In this document: in pieces, positions 61,723 through 64,000 of the stretch
Layout: every line of letters begins with the position of its first letter
Position numbering within the stretch: position 1 is the stretch's first letter
Assembly: GCA_003971905.1 (NCBI GenBank)
Contig: RSEE01000081.1
Span: 248,001 to 312,000 of the forward strand
Length of the DNA stretch: 64,000 nucleotides
Source of the DNA: Moniliella sp. 'wahieum'
Lineage: Eukaryota
Reading direction: 5' to 3'
Program-made: the position numbers and the translations under genes
The notes under the pieces: generated by a model
What the model saw: the letters and a program-made list of their open reading frames with translations, nothing else
Database searches by the model: none
What the model was told of the DNA's origin: nothing

Positions 61723-64000
61723 ATGGGGCAACGTACCGCTGCCAGCCGCCGCAAGCAGCAAGGGAGACAGGACAAGCGCAACGGTGCCCAAAGGAAAGGC
61801 GCGCTTCCTACTTCCGGCCCCAATGGCGGTGGAGGAAAGGAAGGCCTGCCTGCCTTTTTTAAGCATCGCAAGTACGCTGCCGCCGCCGCCGCGCACGAGA
61901 GCGGGACGAGGTCCGGGGAGGCGAGGTAGAGATGGACGAAGCTGGTGAAGGTGGGTCCCTTGCGTCGGAAACGGCTACTGTTGCCCAAGTGCCCCAATCC
62001 GACTTTCAATTTACCCTCCGCCCCGACGCAGAGGGGGAGACGTATGCCTCCCTTTCGGCGGACCGAGCATTGACGGGGGGCAAGGACAGTTCTCTGCGTG
62101 CCTACTCGGGTCAGTTGAAGGAACTGATTGCATCTTCGGATGTTATTGGAGGTGTTGGATGCGCGGGACCCGATGGCCTGTAGGTCCTTGACCACCGAGA
62201 CCCTGGCCTTGGGACAGGGAAAAAGGGTGATTCTCATTCTCAACAAGGTTGATTTGGTGCCGCGAGAAAACGTGGAGCGGTGGCTCAAATTTTTACGCCA
62301 TGACTTTACCACCTTGGCATTCAAGGCCTCGACGCAGCAGCAGCGCTCTCATCTAGCCCAGGGGGCTGGGAAGGTGCCCTCCGCGGGGGCCGGCGCATTG
62401 CACACAGGCAACGAGGCTTTGGGAGCCACCGCGCTGTTGCAGCTAATGAAGAACTATTCGCGTAACTTTTCAGTCAAGACATCCTTGACGGTCGGGATCT
62501 TTGGAGCGCCCAATGTGGGCAAGTCTTCCCTGATCAATTCGCTCAAGCGGGCCCGGGTATGTGGTGTGGCCTCTACCCCGGGTCACACCAAGGTGCTCCA
62601 ATCTGTCGCGCTCGACAAAAAGATCCGGCTGATCGATTGCCCCGGCGTGTCATTTCATGAGCCTCCCTCGGCCGGGAAGGGGATGACTGAGTTTGACACG
62701 ATGGCTGCTGCCCTCCGAAACGTGGTTAAGGTCGAATTACTGGAAGACCCTATCACTCCCGTCCGAGCCATCCTTTCCCGTGTCCCCATTTCCCAATTGG
62801 AAGAAGTGTACGACCTCCCGCCTTCCTCTTCCCTTGGTCAAGAAGGAGACGAAGTGGATGTGACACAACCGATTCCCTCCCCTACCCTACTTATGGCACA
62901 ACGCTTCCTCCTCCGCTCGCCCTGCGCCGAGGACGGCTACAATCTGCTACCGGCGCACCGGATCTCGAGGGTTCAGCCCGCTCGGTTCTGCATGATTGGA
63001 ATGTGGGCAAAATCAAGTACTGCACTGCACCTCCGCTCGTTCATCGTTCCGCCCTCGTTGACCCCAATGCGACCACCAAGGCACCTACGTCTTCGGTTTC
63101 GCAGCAGACCGACGCTGAAGCCGCTCGGGCTGCAATTAACGCCACAAGCGAAATCAAGACCACATTGGATAAGGAGTTTGATCTAGATGCGCTCTTTGCC
63201 GGGCTGGACAATCCGGACGAGGCGCTGCAAGGTGCTCAAGCCGCCGACGAGGGCAACACGGGCCGGGAAGTGTAGCCCAAGGCGGCGCAGCGCTCCAAGC
63301 CCGCGAACGCAGGTTTGCTACCCAACAGGACTTGGATCGTGCCGCCGGAGTTGAGACGATCGAGGAGGATGACGAAGACGAAGCTATTGTGCCTCCTGCC
63401 CCGGTCCCGGCCCCTGCTCTGGTTTCCGAACCCGCCAACACTTCGCTTGGGAAAAGGCGGAGGGACCTAGACGATTCCGATGAGGAGGAAGAGATGGTTC
63501 CTTCATACCTTCAACCCACTGGTTTCGACACGGACTCAGATGATGAGGATTTGGTGCCACGTCGTCTCCGACCCCCGCCCCCGCCGGAGGAAGATGATGT
63601 GATGGTCCCCGTCCCCGCGGGCGGAGGATCTGAAGAACCTGTGGAGGCGACGCAGAACCTCCCTTCCTGGTTGGAGAAACAGCAACGCAAGGCAGCGCAA
63701 GAGCGCAAGCATACCGACCTCGGCAAGCGCTCTCAATTGGCTACCATCTTTTCCGAGCAAGAACTCGAGGGGATCCAGTTGCAGTCCAAGGGCAAGGCGC
63801 GCAAAAGGCCCGCAAACTCGCTCGCCGTGAACGTCGGGCTAACGCGGATGGTCTGGGCGAATTGATCGAGATGGGTATGGGCCTTGCCGAGGAGGAGGAC
63901 CCCGAGGTATACGCCGCAGGCTCAGGACAATCCAAGTTTGCCCCGGGCGCTGGGCCCAAACCTACCTCGCCTGAGGCCATTGATACGGACGATGAGGAGG
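61723..64000 (+). CDS. NUG1: Nucleolar circularly permuted GTPase Nug1/GNL3/Grn1; frameshifted; truncated by window end
   Basis: SDVI.EVLDARDPMACRS, ILILNKVDLVPRENVERWL.FLR, FKASTQQQR, G1 GAPNVGKSSLINSLKR, VASTPG.TK, G3 LIDCPG. Confidence 0.93.

Noticed and set aside
27593..64000. Programmed frameshifting or pseudogene cluster
   Set aside because: Indels hit essential genes indiscriminately and without motif decay; sequencing error is the simpler explanation.

Overview
Eukaryotic, GC-rich, intron-poor fungal DNA; gene content and intron signals suggest a basidiomycete, probably Ustilaginomycotina-like (inference). Almost every conserved gene is broken by 1-nt indels, most likely uncorrected long-read errors, so CDS limits are reconstructed across frames and approximate. 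Left part: an Mtr-type amino-acid permease, a large low-complexity protein, and a diverged tandem segmental duplication (~9.1-16.4 kb vs ~18.1-24.6 kb). The duplication holds a Ser/Thr-rich GPI-type protein, RidA, tRNA-Arg and two GRDP/DUF1399 paralogues, with reciprocal gene loss and two inverted LTR-like repeats. Middle: tRNA-Gly, an Upf1/Hcs1-like SF1 helicase, a ~8 kb gene-poor region, and an intron-containing gene with a degenerate tyrosine-recombinase (Crypton-like) core between Pro-rich arms. Right: RPL31, AVT1-like transporter, PRP24/SART3, EBP2, Slm1-like PH protein, RAD10/ERCC1 with UIM-like tail, and NUG1 (truncated by the window). The two most notable signals are (1) a pervasive non-coding grammar of 7-bp tandem repeats, T-N-A plus a variable 4-bp palindrome, which differs between the two duplicated copies, and (2) the apparently domesticated tyrosine-recombinase gene.
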